Of a stretch of DNA of 64,000 bases, positions 1 to 8,499 are shown piece by piece. The number at the start of each line of letters is the position of its first letter. Position 1 is the first letter of the stretch. This stretch comes from an uncultured Nitrospiraceae bacterium (GTDB taxonomy: Bacteria > Nitrospirota > Thermodesulfovibrionia > Thermodesulfovibrionales > Dissulfurispiraceae). A program made the position numbers and the translations under genes. Below the pieces are notes generated by a model, which saw nothing but the letters and a program-made list of their open reading frames with translations, ran no database searches and had not been told where the DNA came from. The stretch covers positions 2,112,001 to 2,176,000 of the forward strand of contig CAVSHF010000003.1 of the NCBI GenBank assembly GCA_963727805.1, in the 5' to 3' direction.

Positions 1-444
1 TCGCTAAGGATCGATGAGTCCACGAAGAAAGCATCGGTACGGGCGACTCTTTCCGGCCGTATAGCCTCTAATAATCATGCATCCAGAAATATCGAGAAAT
101 ACGTTTAACTGTTCACAGTAAGTCTCGACAGGCAGAGACCATTCAATGCTGAAGGTTTCTGCCGGCAATCAATGTCCTTCAAGAGTTTGCAAGTGACGTC
201 GTATGATGTAGAAGGCTCCGAGGGACTATTCGGGGAAAAATCTTATAGGCGGAAATCAAAAACCCACTTCAGCCACAAAGTCGAAAGCAGTTACTTCCCA
301 CAATATTGTAGTATCGAACAACTTTGTTCTAAACATGAGAAGAATAAAAAAGCAAGTATACTTTAACTTCAACTACTTGCAAACTTAGCAAGCTTTTTGC
401 TTATTAATACACGAATCAATAATCTGTCTTGAAAGGGGACTGCT

Positions 445-786
445 ATGAAAAGGATAGAGGCAATCGTTCGCCCCACCGGGGTAAAGCAGGTATGCAACAT
501 TTTGGAAAAAGTAGGCTATCCTGGTGTCACGATTTCGAACGTTGAAGGTCACGGTCGCCAAAAGGGTTTCCGCGAAGTTAATGTGCGCGGCAAGATGTGT
601 AAAATGCCTTTCCTAGAGAAAAAGAGAATAATATTGGTTGTTCAAGACAATGATGCCGACAAGATCATTAAAGCTATCCGCGAGGCAGCATGCACAGGCA
701 AAATGGGAGATGGCAAGATATTCGTCTCGCCCATGGACGATGTAATAAGGATAAGCACAGGCGAGACCGGCGACGTTGCGGTCTAG
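445..786 (+). CDS. P-II family signal transduction protein (GlnB/GlnK-like)
   Basis: MKRIEAIVRP start, GHGRQKG T-loop base, TGKMGDGKIFV B-loop motif; AAGGGG RBS. Confidence 0.93.
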   Translation: MKRIEAIVRPTGVKQVCNILEKVGYPGVTISNVEGHGRQKGFREVNVRGKMCKMPFLEKKRIILVVQDNDADKIIKAIREAACTGKMGDGKIFVSPMDDVIRISTGETGDVAV

Positions 787-897
787 ATTCTGAAGTCTTT
801 TCTGGTCCGCAAACAGACATAATAGTCTTCAACAACTCACAGAAGTACTCACCTGTGAACATCGAGCTCTACATTAAGATAAATAGAGGTCGTCTTT

Positions 898-945
898 CTT
901 ATATAATTTTTATGCTCGACATACATTTTTACACTATTTTTACGG
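898..945 (+). promoter_or_regulatory. Putative tandem KdpE-type binding boxes upstream of kimA-like gene
   Basis: CTTATAT-N4-TTTATGC (898-915) and TTTACAC-N4-TTTACGG (928-945); 11-bp-period direct repeats shared with the kdp promoter. Confidence 0.65.
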
Positions 946-996
946 TCATCTCGGCTATCCTGAAGAAATGGATCTCAGAAATCCCTTGGAGGAGAG

Positions 997-2811
997 ATGT
1001 CACTTAAAAGTATTCTTATAGGCAGACCCATTGAAACGGTCAGGGAAAAACACGAACGTCTTCCGAAAACCCTCGGTCTCGCTGTCTTTGCATCGGACGC
1101 GCTGTCTTCCGTGGCATATGCAACGGAGGAAATTCTTCTAGTGCTTGTGCTTGCTGGCACTACGATGCTTCACTATTCGATGCCAATTGCGATTGGGATA
1201 GCAGCCCTCATCACCATTGTTGCAATATCATATCGGCAGACCATCCACGCATATCCATCTGGTGGAGGGTCGTACATTGTTGCTAAAGACAATCTCGGCA
1301 TAAACGCCGGCCTTGTGGCAGCAGCGGCACTATTGATCGACTACGTGCTTACCGTCGCTGTCAGTATCACTGCAGGAGTGGAGGCGATAACTTCAGCAGT
1401 TCCAGCCCTTCAAAGCCATGCAGTCCTACTGAGCATGATTTCGCTGCTAGTTCTGACTGTCGGCAATTTGAGGGGCGTCAAGGAGTCAGGCAAGATATTT
1501 GCACTGCCGACATATGTATTTATCGGGAGTATATCCGCACTGATAATCTACGGGCTTTTTAAATATTTTTATTTGCCACACCCCCCTTTGCCCGAATACA
1601 AGGCAGCCCCGGCAGGCAGCATACTGCCGATATTCCTTGTGATGAGGGCCTTTGCATCAGGATGTACTGCACTGACAGGGATAGAAGCCGTATCGAATGG
1701 AGTGAAAGCTTTCAAGAAACCGGAGGCAAGAAATGCAAGCGTTACGCTGACCTGGATGGCTGCGATCCTTGGAATCTTCTTTATAGGGATTACCTTTCTT
1801 TCAAACCACTACGGTATACTTCCCAGCGAGAACGAAACAATTCTTTCGCAACTCGCGCGCACGGTGTTTTCACATGGGGTCCTCTACTATATAGTTCAGA
1901 TATCCACATTTCTGATCCTTATCCTGGCAGCAAACACCTCGTTCGCCGATTTCCCGAGGCTCTCCTCCATAATGGCCGTGGATGGTTATATGCCGAGGCA
2001 ACTTAGCAACCGAGGTGACAAACTCGTATTTTCAAACGGCATACTACTTCTCAGCCTTTTTTCCGCAATCCTTATCATCGGCTTCGGAGGAGAGACGCAT
2101 GCTCTCATCCCACTATATGCAGTCGGCGTCTTTCTTGCCTTTACATTGTCACAGATTGGTATGGTGAAGCACTGGATCGACAAAAAAGGAAGCCATTGGC
2201 AGAAATCGGCTGTGATCAACGGCATAGGAGGGATAACAACCGCGCTTGTTCTAATCGTGATAGCGGCGACGAAATTCATGCACGGGGCATGGCTGGTCAT
2301 CATAGCTATACCGACCATTATGTATCTGACCAAGAATGTCAAGTCCCATTACATGTCCGTTGCCGCCCAGCTGTCTCTTGAAGGACACATCAAAGAAACT
2401 GAATTTACCCACCATTCTGTAATTATCCCCATATCCGGCGTGCAGAAGGCCGTGATACATGCAGTCAAATATGCCAAGGCGCTTTCCGACGACGTTGCTG
2501 CCGTATATGTATGTCTGGACCCGGAAGAGACAAAAAGGATACAAATCAAATGGCATGAATACGGTATGGACGTGCCGCTAATAGTACTCGAATCACCGTA
2601 CCGTTCTATAATGAAGCCATTCCTCGATTTCCTGAACGAACTGCACGCAAGATATAAAATGGGCGTTATTACCGTCGTGCTGCCTGAGTTTGTCCCTCAA
2701 AAATGGTGGCATCACCTGCTCCATAACCAGACCGCCATTCTTATCAAAGGGGTGCTGACTTTTAAGCGGGGGATAGTGTCGACCAGCGTGCCGTTTCACT
2801 TAAACGAGTGA
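997..2811 (+). CDS. kimA: KimA/YdaO-like APC-superfamily K+ transporter
   Basis: LIGRP...AVFASDALSSVAYATEE, AYPSGGGSY, about 12 TM segments, cytosolic C-terminal domain with VVLPEF..KWWHHLLHNQTA. Confidence 0.85.
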   Translation: MSLKSILIGRPIETVREKHERLPKTLGLAVFASDALSSVAYATEEILLVLVLAGTTMLHYSMPIAIGIAALITIVAISYRQTIHAYPSGGGSYIVAKDNLGINAGLVAAAALLIDYVLTVAVSITAGVEAITSAVPALQSHAVLLSMISLLVLTVGNLRGVKESGKIFALPTYVFIGSISALIIYGLFKYFYLPHPPLPEYKAAPAGSILPIFLVMRAFASGCTALTGIEAVSNGVKAFKKPEARNASVTLTWMAAILGIFFIGITFLSNHYGILPSENETILSQLARTVFSHGVLYYIVQISTFLILILAANTSFADFPRLSSIMAVDGYMPRQLSNRGDKLVFSNGILLLSLFSAILIIGFGGETHALIPLYAVGVFLAFTLSQIGMVKHWIDKKGSHWQKSAVINGIGGITTALVLIVIAATKFMHGAWLVIIAIPTIMYLTKNVKSHYMSVAAQLSLEGHIKETEFTHHSVIIPISGVQKAVIHAVKYAKALSDDVAAVYVCLDPEETKRIQIKWHEYGMDVPLIVLESPYRSIMKPFLDFLNELHARYKMGVITVVLPEFVPQKWWHHLLHNQTAILIKGVLTFKRGIVSTSVPFHLNE

Positions 2812-2885
2812 ATTCTCCAGTGGCTACCGCAAAATGCGCCACTATCCCTCGGGCGAATCAACCCGCAATTCTCAGAGGTAGGTTG

Positions 2886-3035
2886 TCAATACCAGTAGAG
2901 TAGAGAACAGGGGATAGGGCTTTTGTCACTACGCCAGTTCTCCACTCTACCGCACTGATAGAGAGCCACCTCTGCCTGCACCTCAGGAATACCTACGTTC
3001 TTTGATAGCTTCTCTACGAGTTCTGCTTTGTTCAT
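2886..3035 (-). pseudogene. Truncated HU/IHF-family DNA-binding protein (N-terminal stub)
   Basis: Own translation MNKAELVEKLSKNVGIPEVQAEVAL matches the HU N-terminal helix pattern and has an AGGAG RBS; sequence then diverges and stops after 49 codons. Confidence 0.7.
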
Positions 3036-3119
3036 ATTCTTGTTCTCCTATAAGGTAACTGATGCCAAAAATATACCACCTATACTTTCTCATGGACGTC
3101 TATTTGAAAGTACTCGTTA

Positions 3120-3169
3120 TATACGATAATTTTATGCTACCACCCTCATTATTTACACCTATTTTATTC
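3120..3169 (+). promoter_or_regulatory. Putative tandem KdpE-type boxes
   Basis: TATACGA-N4-TTTATGC (3120-3137) and TTTACAC-N4-TTTATTC (3152-3169), 32 bp apart. Confidence 0.65.
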
Positions 3170-3207
3170 ATTTTTTTGATACTCTGAAAACAGGGAGGTG
3201 GATGAAA

Positions 3208-3309
3208 ATGGAAGGCTTAAAATGGATAGCTCACATTTTTATAATGGTAACCGGGTTTATCATTCTCACCGGTTTGATGTTAAAACTTGTAAAACTCTTC
3301 AACGTATAA
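3208..3309 (+). CDS. 33-aa single-TM hydrophobic micropeptide
   Basis: Own translation MEGLKWIAHIFIMVTGFIILTGLMLKLVKLFNV; strong GGGAGGT RBS; stop abuts the next ATG (3310). Confidence 0.7.
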   Translation: MEGLKWIAHIFIMVTGFIILTGLMLKLVKLFNV

Positions 3310-3843
3310 ATGACAGAAATGAATAAATGGATTAACTTACAATCTTTGCAGTCCCTTCTCAGTGGAGCTGGCGCATCGCAAGTAGCCTTTTCAGAGCACC
3401 CGCTACTTGATGTGATGGCTCTTAATGCGAAGAGTGGCCATCATTTTGTAGTAATCCCAATCGCAAATGTGGACAAGCTGTCGATGAACGCAATCCGTTA
3501 TGCAAAACTCTTTAGCGGCGAAATTGTTGCAGTCCACATACTTCTTAATCCTTCGGACAAGGACAATATCAAATACCAGTGGAAAAAGCAAAATATAGAT
3601 ATTCCGCTTGTACTCTTCGAATCGTCCAATGGCTCTCTTATTGAGCCACTTATGACATATGTCGACGGAATACGTTGTCGCCATAAGGAAAGTGTCGTCA
3701 CTATTGTGTTACCGGTACTTGTCACGCTGAAATGGTGGCACCGCTATCTGCACGACCAGACGGCACGTTTAATTGAAAGGGTAGCGCAGCGAGATGCAGG
3801 CGTGGTGACAGTACGCGTTCCGTATTTTATTTGTAAAAATTAA
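3310..3843 (+). CDS. Stand-alone homolog of the KimA cytosolic C-terminal domain
   Basis: Colinear with the C-terminus of 997-2811 (HH.VIIPI, A.RYAK, PL..LES, VT.VLP, KWWH..LH.QTA, VP.); no TM region. Confidence 0.85.
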   Translation: MTEMNKWINLQSLQSLLSGAGASQVAFSEHPLLDVMALNAKSGHHFVVIPIANVDKLSMNAIRYAKLFSGEIVAVHILLNPSDKDNIKYQWKKQNIDIPLVLFESSNGSLIEPLMTYVDGIRCRHKESVVTIVLPVLVTLKWWHRYLHDQTARLIERVAQRDAGVVTVRVPYFICKN

Positions 3844-3875
3844 AATGAAAAAAAGATTGTAAATGCGATGGGCGA

Positions 3876-3919
3876 TTTCAGAGATGACGTGGAGTGCTTC
3901 TCTCTGAATATCAGTAAGT
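3876..3919 (+). repeat. Dispersed ~45-bp imperfect direct repeat, copy 1
   Basis: TTTCAGAGATGACGT.GAGTGCTTCTCTCTGAATATCAGTAAGT resembles 6407-6451. Confidence 0.7.
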
Positions 3920-4022
3920 TTTGGATAATTCGCGGTAGAATCCATGTCAGGTCAATGCAATATGACAATAATTGTGGAGGCAACCACATATTATATTGGC
4001 ATTCTGGAGATGAGAGGTACAT

Positions 4023-4886
4023 ATGATAGCAAAGTTGTTTGAGAAGGCAATAGGAATAGAAGCTCCTTGGTATGTGCGTGATATATCATTCGACATGGCT
4101 GGCAACAAGGTCACCATCTTCGTAGATTTTACGGTCGGCAGCCGGTTTCAGCACCCGCAATTTGAAGGTCTGTATCCGGTATATGACACGACCACTCAGC
4201 GCTATCGGCATCTGAACATTTTCGAGCACAAGTGCATCCTTGAGGTCCAAGTTCCTCGTGTGCAGTTGCCTGACGACTCGGTGCGGATGATCGAGCCCTC
4301 GTGGCCAGCTTCACGCAGCGGTTCGAAGCTCTGGTGTGATGCTCTGTCGGCAGATACCCTTTCAGTCTGTGCCAGCCTAGTCAACGAGAGGCGGCATAAG
4401 ATTGGCAACGATCTGTGGTCGTATAGTCGATTTGGCGCTTGCTGAGGCCAACTTCTCCGAGGTACTTGCAGTGGCTATCGACTAAACCTGTCGGTGCAAC
4501 GGCACATATCTATGTGACCGTGGCTGCTGATGCTGGACAGTGACCAGTTACTTTTTACCGAGGGCGGGGACACTGAAGCCCTTGCAGTTTTGGCCGAAGA
4601 TCTGCGCACTCATTGCGGTAATCCTGAGGCGATTGAATCGGTCAGCATCGACATGTCGCCTGTATACATCAAAAGCGTGGATGAGCACATTCCCAATGCG
4701 GAGATCACAATCGACAAGTGTCATATAATTACCCAAGCATCAAAGGCAGTAGACAAGACTCGAAGTATTGAACAGAACCGTGATCACCTAGAGGACATCG
4801 TCTTCTGGACTCGAACGCGCCGGCAAGATCGACTTTTCGCGGATAAACCCTTTTGTGGTGCTACTAACTTATAATTCAAAAGAGCC
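4023..4886 (+). mobile_element. Degenerate ISL3-family insertion sequence (fragmented transposase, right IR)
   Basis: LFEKAIGIEAPWYV, YRHLNIFEHKC.L...VPRV and SIDMSP.YIK...PNAEIT.DK.H are ISL3 motifs, split by frameshifts and stops; terminal AATTCAAAAGAGCC (revcomp GGCTCTTTTGAATT) ends at 4886. Confidence 0.85.
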
Positions 4887-5057
4887 TCAAAAGGTATATG
4901 ATGGGACCGCTCATTGCATTGAGTCGCTGTGCCGTCGGGATACAATATTTTGTTCATGTTCTCTTAACAAGTGCAGCTTTGCTCGTCACTCATCAAAATG
5001 CCCCGTCCTTCGGCAGGGAATTTTGTTATAATTGAAAAAACTCTCGGGAGACTATGC

Positions 5058-6290
5058 GTGGAATTAGCGATCAGCTTTGAGATGGCGAGGCAGCTATTGC
5101 TATCTTTTGCCGTCATCTTGGCTGCAGGCACCTTTTCGGTTTTTTTGTCACAAAAGCTCAAGGTCCCGGATGTGGCGACATTCCTTCTCGCAGGCATCCT
5201 GCTCGGACCTGAGGTGTCCAGTATCTTACACATCACTGCCGAATCTGATCTGAACCAAATCATACTTATATTTGGCGCCTGTTATATCCTCTTTGATGGC
5301 GGGGCTTCGATCAAGCTGAAGGTCATGAAGCAGATCTGGATTACTCTCTTCGTGCTCGCTACAATCGGCGTTATTATCATGACGACAATCACGGGTATTG
5401 CTGCTTATTATTTGCTGGGGCTCCCTTTAATTACAGCTCTATTGCTTGGTGCTGCAATTGCGCCCACTGATCCTGCAACGATAATCCCAGTTTTCCGCCA
5501 GGTCAGAGTAAAGGAGAGAATTTCACAGGCGCTGATCAGCGAATCGGCCTTTAACGATGCAACAGGCTCCGTCCTCACTTTCGCAGTCCTTTCTGTCGCC
5601 ATGGGTTCCGCCGGCTTTTCGTTAACAGCATCCCTTTCAGATCTTTTGAAACAGTCCGTCGGGGGTATTGTCATAGGCGGTGCAATGGGATATCTCAGTG
5701 CGCTGCTAATAACCCAAGAGAAGGTCGACTTCCAGGCCAAATATGCCCTTGTAATAACGCTGATGGCCGTCATCGGTACTTATCTGGGTGCGGACGGCAT
5801 ACAGACGAGCGGGTTCATGGCGGTTTTCGTTTTTGGAATCATCCTCGGCAACAAGGAAACCTTCGGCTTGCGGATGAATGTGGAGGAGCATGAAAAACTC
5901 CAGGAATATGTCGCAAGGACAGCTGTGATAATGAGGATGTTTATATTCATCCTCCTGGGCTCGCAGGTCGATTTCAGTCTAATGAGCAAATTCCTGTTCG
6001 GCGGGGTGATCATCGTCACCATCTTCATGCTGATCGCAAGGCCGATTACCGTTTTTTTATGCGCCCTTCCGGACCGGCAAGCAAAATGGAGCAGCAAAGA
6101 AATGCTCTTTATGAGCTGGACGAGAGAGACGGGCGTCATCCCCGCGGCACTTGCAGGCTTGATGATGGGAAAGCACGTGCCCGGGGCTGAAATCATAGCT
6201 GCCGTTACATTTATCGCTATTCTTATCACTATCCTAATCCAGGCGACGACTGCGAAATGGCTGGCGGGAAAATTGGGATTGCTGGAATAA
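5058..6290 (+). CDS. CPA1/NhaP-type Na+(K+)/H+ antiporter
   Basis: ILFDGG, APTDPA and ESAFND motifs, multi-TM; GTG start at 5058 with GGGAG RBS preferred over 4971. Confidence 0.9.
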   Translation: MELAISFEMARQLLLSFAVILAAGTFSVFLSQKLKVPDVATFLLAGILLGPEVSSILHITAESDLNQIILIFGACYILFDGGASIKLKVMKQIWITLFVLATIGVIIMTTITGIAAYYLLGLPLITALLLGAAIAPTDPATIIPVFRQVRVKERISQALISESAFNDATGSVLTFAVLSVAMGSAGFSLTASLSDLLKQSVGGIVIGGAMGYLSALLITQEKVDFQAKYALVITLMAVIGTYLGADGIQTSGFMAVFVFGIILGNKETFGLRMNVEEHEKLQEYVARTAVIMRMFIFILLGSQVDFSLMSKFLFGGVIIVTIFMLIARPITVFLCALPDRQAKWSSKEMLFMSWTRETGVIPAALAGLMMGKHVPGAEIIAAVTFIAILITILIQATTAKWLAGKLGLLE

Positions 6291-6406
6291 GAAGCAAAGC
6301 AGTTGTAAATTGGCGAATGTTATGATAAAGCAGCTTTTTCTGGTACGCTGGTTATTTTCACTTACACGCTTAATGACGGCGCCCAGCTCGATTGCCGATT
6401 AGACGG

Positions 6407-6451
6407 TTTCAGAGATGACGTTGAAGTGCCTCTCCCCGAATACCTGTAAGT
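6407..6451 (+). repeat. Dispersed ~45-bp imperfect direct repeat, copy 2
   Basis: TTTCAGAGATGACGTTGAAGTGCCTCTCCCCGAATACCTGTAAGT resembles 3876-3919. Confidence 0.7.
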
Positions 6452-6608
6452 CATATCTGTAAATAGGACATTTTCACTTTGGCTTGACATCGTATCTGTA
6501 AAAGTTGACATTTCACTGAAGAATCTATTCCAGGTTATTTCAATAAGACAATCATTATGTCGGTGATTACATATTGGTATTTGTGTCAAAGAACTCGGAA
6601 TATGTTTT

Positions 6609-6658
6609 TTTACGAAATATTTATATCTTGGCACCCCTTTTTTACACTAACTTTATTC
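6609..6658 (+). promoter_or_regulatory. Putative tandem KdpE-type boxes upstream of porin gene
   Basis: TTTACGA-N4-TTTATAT (6609-6626) and TTTACAC-N4-TTTATTC (6641-6658), 32 bp apart. Confidence 0.65.
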
Positions 6659-6809
6659 GGTTTTTTGCTACTTTATAAGTGGCGGAGCTTCGATTGAAGC
6701 TATTTGTTTCGTAATGGGCATTGTGATGTTCGATATTTGACATGTGATACTGTGGGCATATCCTTAACAAGGACTTGAGTCCTTTGAATAGTCATAGGGG
6801 GTTTTTAAC

Positions 6810-7670
6810 ATGAAACGTTTAATAGTATTTTTGACAGCAGTCTTTGCAGTGTGTCTTATCATTAACGTATACGCCGAAGAGCAGGCGCCGGCAGTAGCGC
6901 CCGCTCCGGCAGCAACTGCGGCACCGGATGTAACCGGCAGTGTCTCATTCGCCGGATTGAACAAGTATATCTTCAGGGGCGCCGAACTGAGCGCTAGGAG
7001 TGTAGTGTTGGAGCCTTCAGTAATAATCAACTACAAGGGATTTTCTCTTAATGTATGGGGTAACATCGACACTGACCAGCATCAGACCCAGGCGTTTACT
7101 CCCGGCAAAGATGGCAGCGGCGAAGGACACAAGAGCTTCAATGAAACCGATCTTACACTTAGCTATGCCTACGCTATCGATAAACTGAGCCTTACGGGCG
7201 GCTATATTTATTATGGGACCGAATATGTTCAGCAGACCCAGGAGCTCTATGTAAGCGCAACCTATGACATGATCACGCATCCGACGATCTCGGTATACCG
7301 CGACATTGATGCCAATCCAGGCTGGTATGTCAATCTTTCATTTTCGCAGTCTCAGCCTGTGGTCAAGATGCCGAACGGTGATATGACCGTCGATCTTGGC
7401 ACATCATTCGGTTATTACAATATCAGTAGCCTTACGCCTGCCAATAAAACATACAGCGCCCTGCATGACGGCATGGTTAAAGTCGGCCTCACCATCCCCG
7501 TGGTGAAGAATGTAGTCGTGCAGCCTATAACCCAGTACTGGTTCCCATTATCTAGTAAGGCACATCATGATCAGATTGTCACCGTTGGCGACAATATTTT
7601 CAATAACAATCCGGCCGCCCACATCGACAATACATTTGTCTTCGGCGTCGGCGTGACATTGAACTTCTAA
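6810..7670 (+). CDS. Putative outer-membrane beta-barrel (TorF-like porin)
   Basis: Signal peptide, Ala/Pro linker, KYIFRG motif, alternating aromatic beta-strands, C-terminal GVTLNF. Confidence 0.75.
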   Translation: MKRLIVFLTAVFAVCLIINVYAEEQAPAVAPAPAATAAPDVTGSVSFAGLNKYIFRGAELSARSVVLEPSVIINYKGFSLNVWGNIDTDQHQTQAFTPGKDGSGEGHKSFNETDLTLSYAYAIDKLSLTGGYIYYGTEYVQQTQELYVSATYDMITHPTISVYRDIDANPGWYVNLSFSQSQPVVKMPNGDMTVDLGTSFGYYNISSLTPANKTYSALHDGMVKVGLTIPVVKNVVVQPITQYWFPLSSKAHHDQIVTVGDNIFNNNPAAHIDNTFVFGVGVTLNF

Positions 7671-7834
7671 ATTAAGCATAAGGGGCACAATTTCAAGAGG
7701 AGAAATTAGAATGAACCTTGTAATCTGCCTTCCGACAATGTTTGTTTTGGGTATCGGCGCAGTGACACTGTGCCATCTGCAAAAAAGGGCTCTTCAGTTG
7801 TCTCAGGAGATCCCTATTAAGAAAGGTCGAAGCA

Positions 7835-8032
7835 ATGGAATCACTCGAAAATAAATTAAGGGAAATTGAGAAGGACGAAATCATTCGCGCGCTCAAAGAA
7901 TGTAATTTCGTGAGAGCTAGAGCTGCGAGAAGGCTGGGCATTACAGGAAGGATGATTGGATACAGGATAAAAAAATACGGCTTAAGGATAAAGGAAGTGG
8001 GGCCGGTCGAAGAAAGCGGCGCAGAGCAATAG
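7835..8032 (+). CDS. Stand-alone Fis-type HTH protein
   Basis: EKDEIIRALKEC...ARAARRLGIT.RMIGYRIKKYG resembles the C-terminal HTH of NifA/NtrC activators. Confidence 0.75.
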   Translation: MESLENKLREIEKDEIIRALKECNFVRARAARRLGITGRMIGYRIKKYGLRIKEVGPVEESGAEQ

Positions 8033-8212
8033 AACGCCTGGAATCGCAATATATAAATTATTCCTGAAATGAATAATGCATCGACATGGATAATAAAGAT
8101 AACCGGAATTCCCCCTGTTGCGCTCATTATGTTGTGCGTAAATGCTACGCAGGTTCCGAATGGAGCTCGAATCGCCCGTGCATACGACAGATTATTATCG
8201 CTGTCCTTAATT

Positions 8213-8262
8213 TTTACACTTTTTTTATACAATATGCCTATTTTTTTACACCTATTTGATTT
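8213..8262 (+). promoter_or_regulatory. KdpE-binding boxes of kdp operon promoter
   Basis: TTTACACTTTTTTTATAC (8213-8230) closely resembles the E. coli KdpE site TTTATACTTTTTTTACAC; second box at 8245. Confidence 0.8.
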
Positions 8263-8296
8263 TCTATGGTGATAAACTTTACAAATGGAGGTGCTT

Positions 8297-8380
8297 ATGG
8301 ACCTAATCTATTTCGGAATAATTGCAGTTTTTTTCGGGCTCACCTGGCTGCTGGTACTGGCTGCCGAAAAAGTTAAGTAG
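8297..8380 (+). CDS. 27-aa hydrophobic peptide upstream of kdpF
   Basis: Own translation MDLIYFGIIAVFFGLTWLLVLAAEKVK; GGAGGT RBS. Confidence 0.75.
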   Translation: MDLIYFGIIAVFFGLTWLLVLAAEKVK

Positions 8381-8406
8381 CAGTTTAAAGAGATGAGGAG
8401 GTTAAA

Positions 8407-8499
8407 ATGGAAACCCTTTACATTGTAAGTGGTATCATTGCCGTCAGTCTATTGGTATACCTTGTCGTTGCACTCATGAAACCGGAGATATTCTCATGA
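8407..8499 (+). CDS. kdpF: K+-transporting ATPase subunit F
   Basis: Own translation METLYIVSGIIAVSLLVYLVVALMKPEIFS (YL..AL..PE.F motif); AGGAGG RBS; ATGA overlap with kdpA. Confidence 0.9.
   Translation: METLYIVSGIIAVSLLVYLVVALMKPEIFS

Noticed and set aside
385..401. Sigma54 promoter upstream of PII (TTAGCA-N-TTGC)
   Set aside because: Spacing fits but the invariant -24 GG is AG; not supportable.
4887..5057. Na+/Li+ riboswitch upstream of the antiporter
   Set aside because: Small GC hairpins are present but I could not match a consensus; needs an Infernal/Rfam search.
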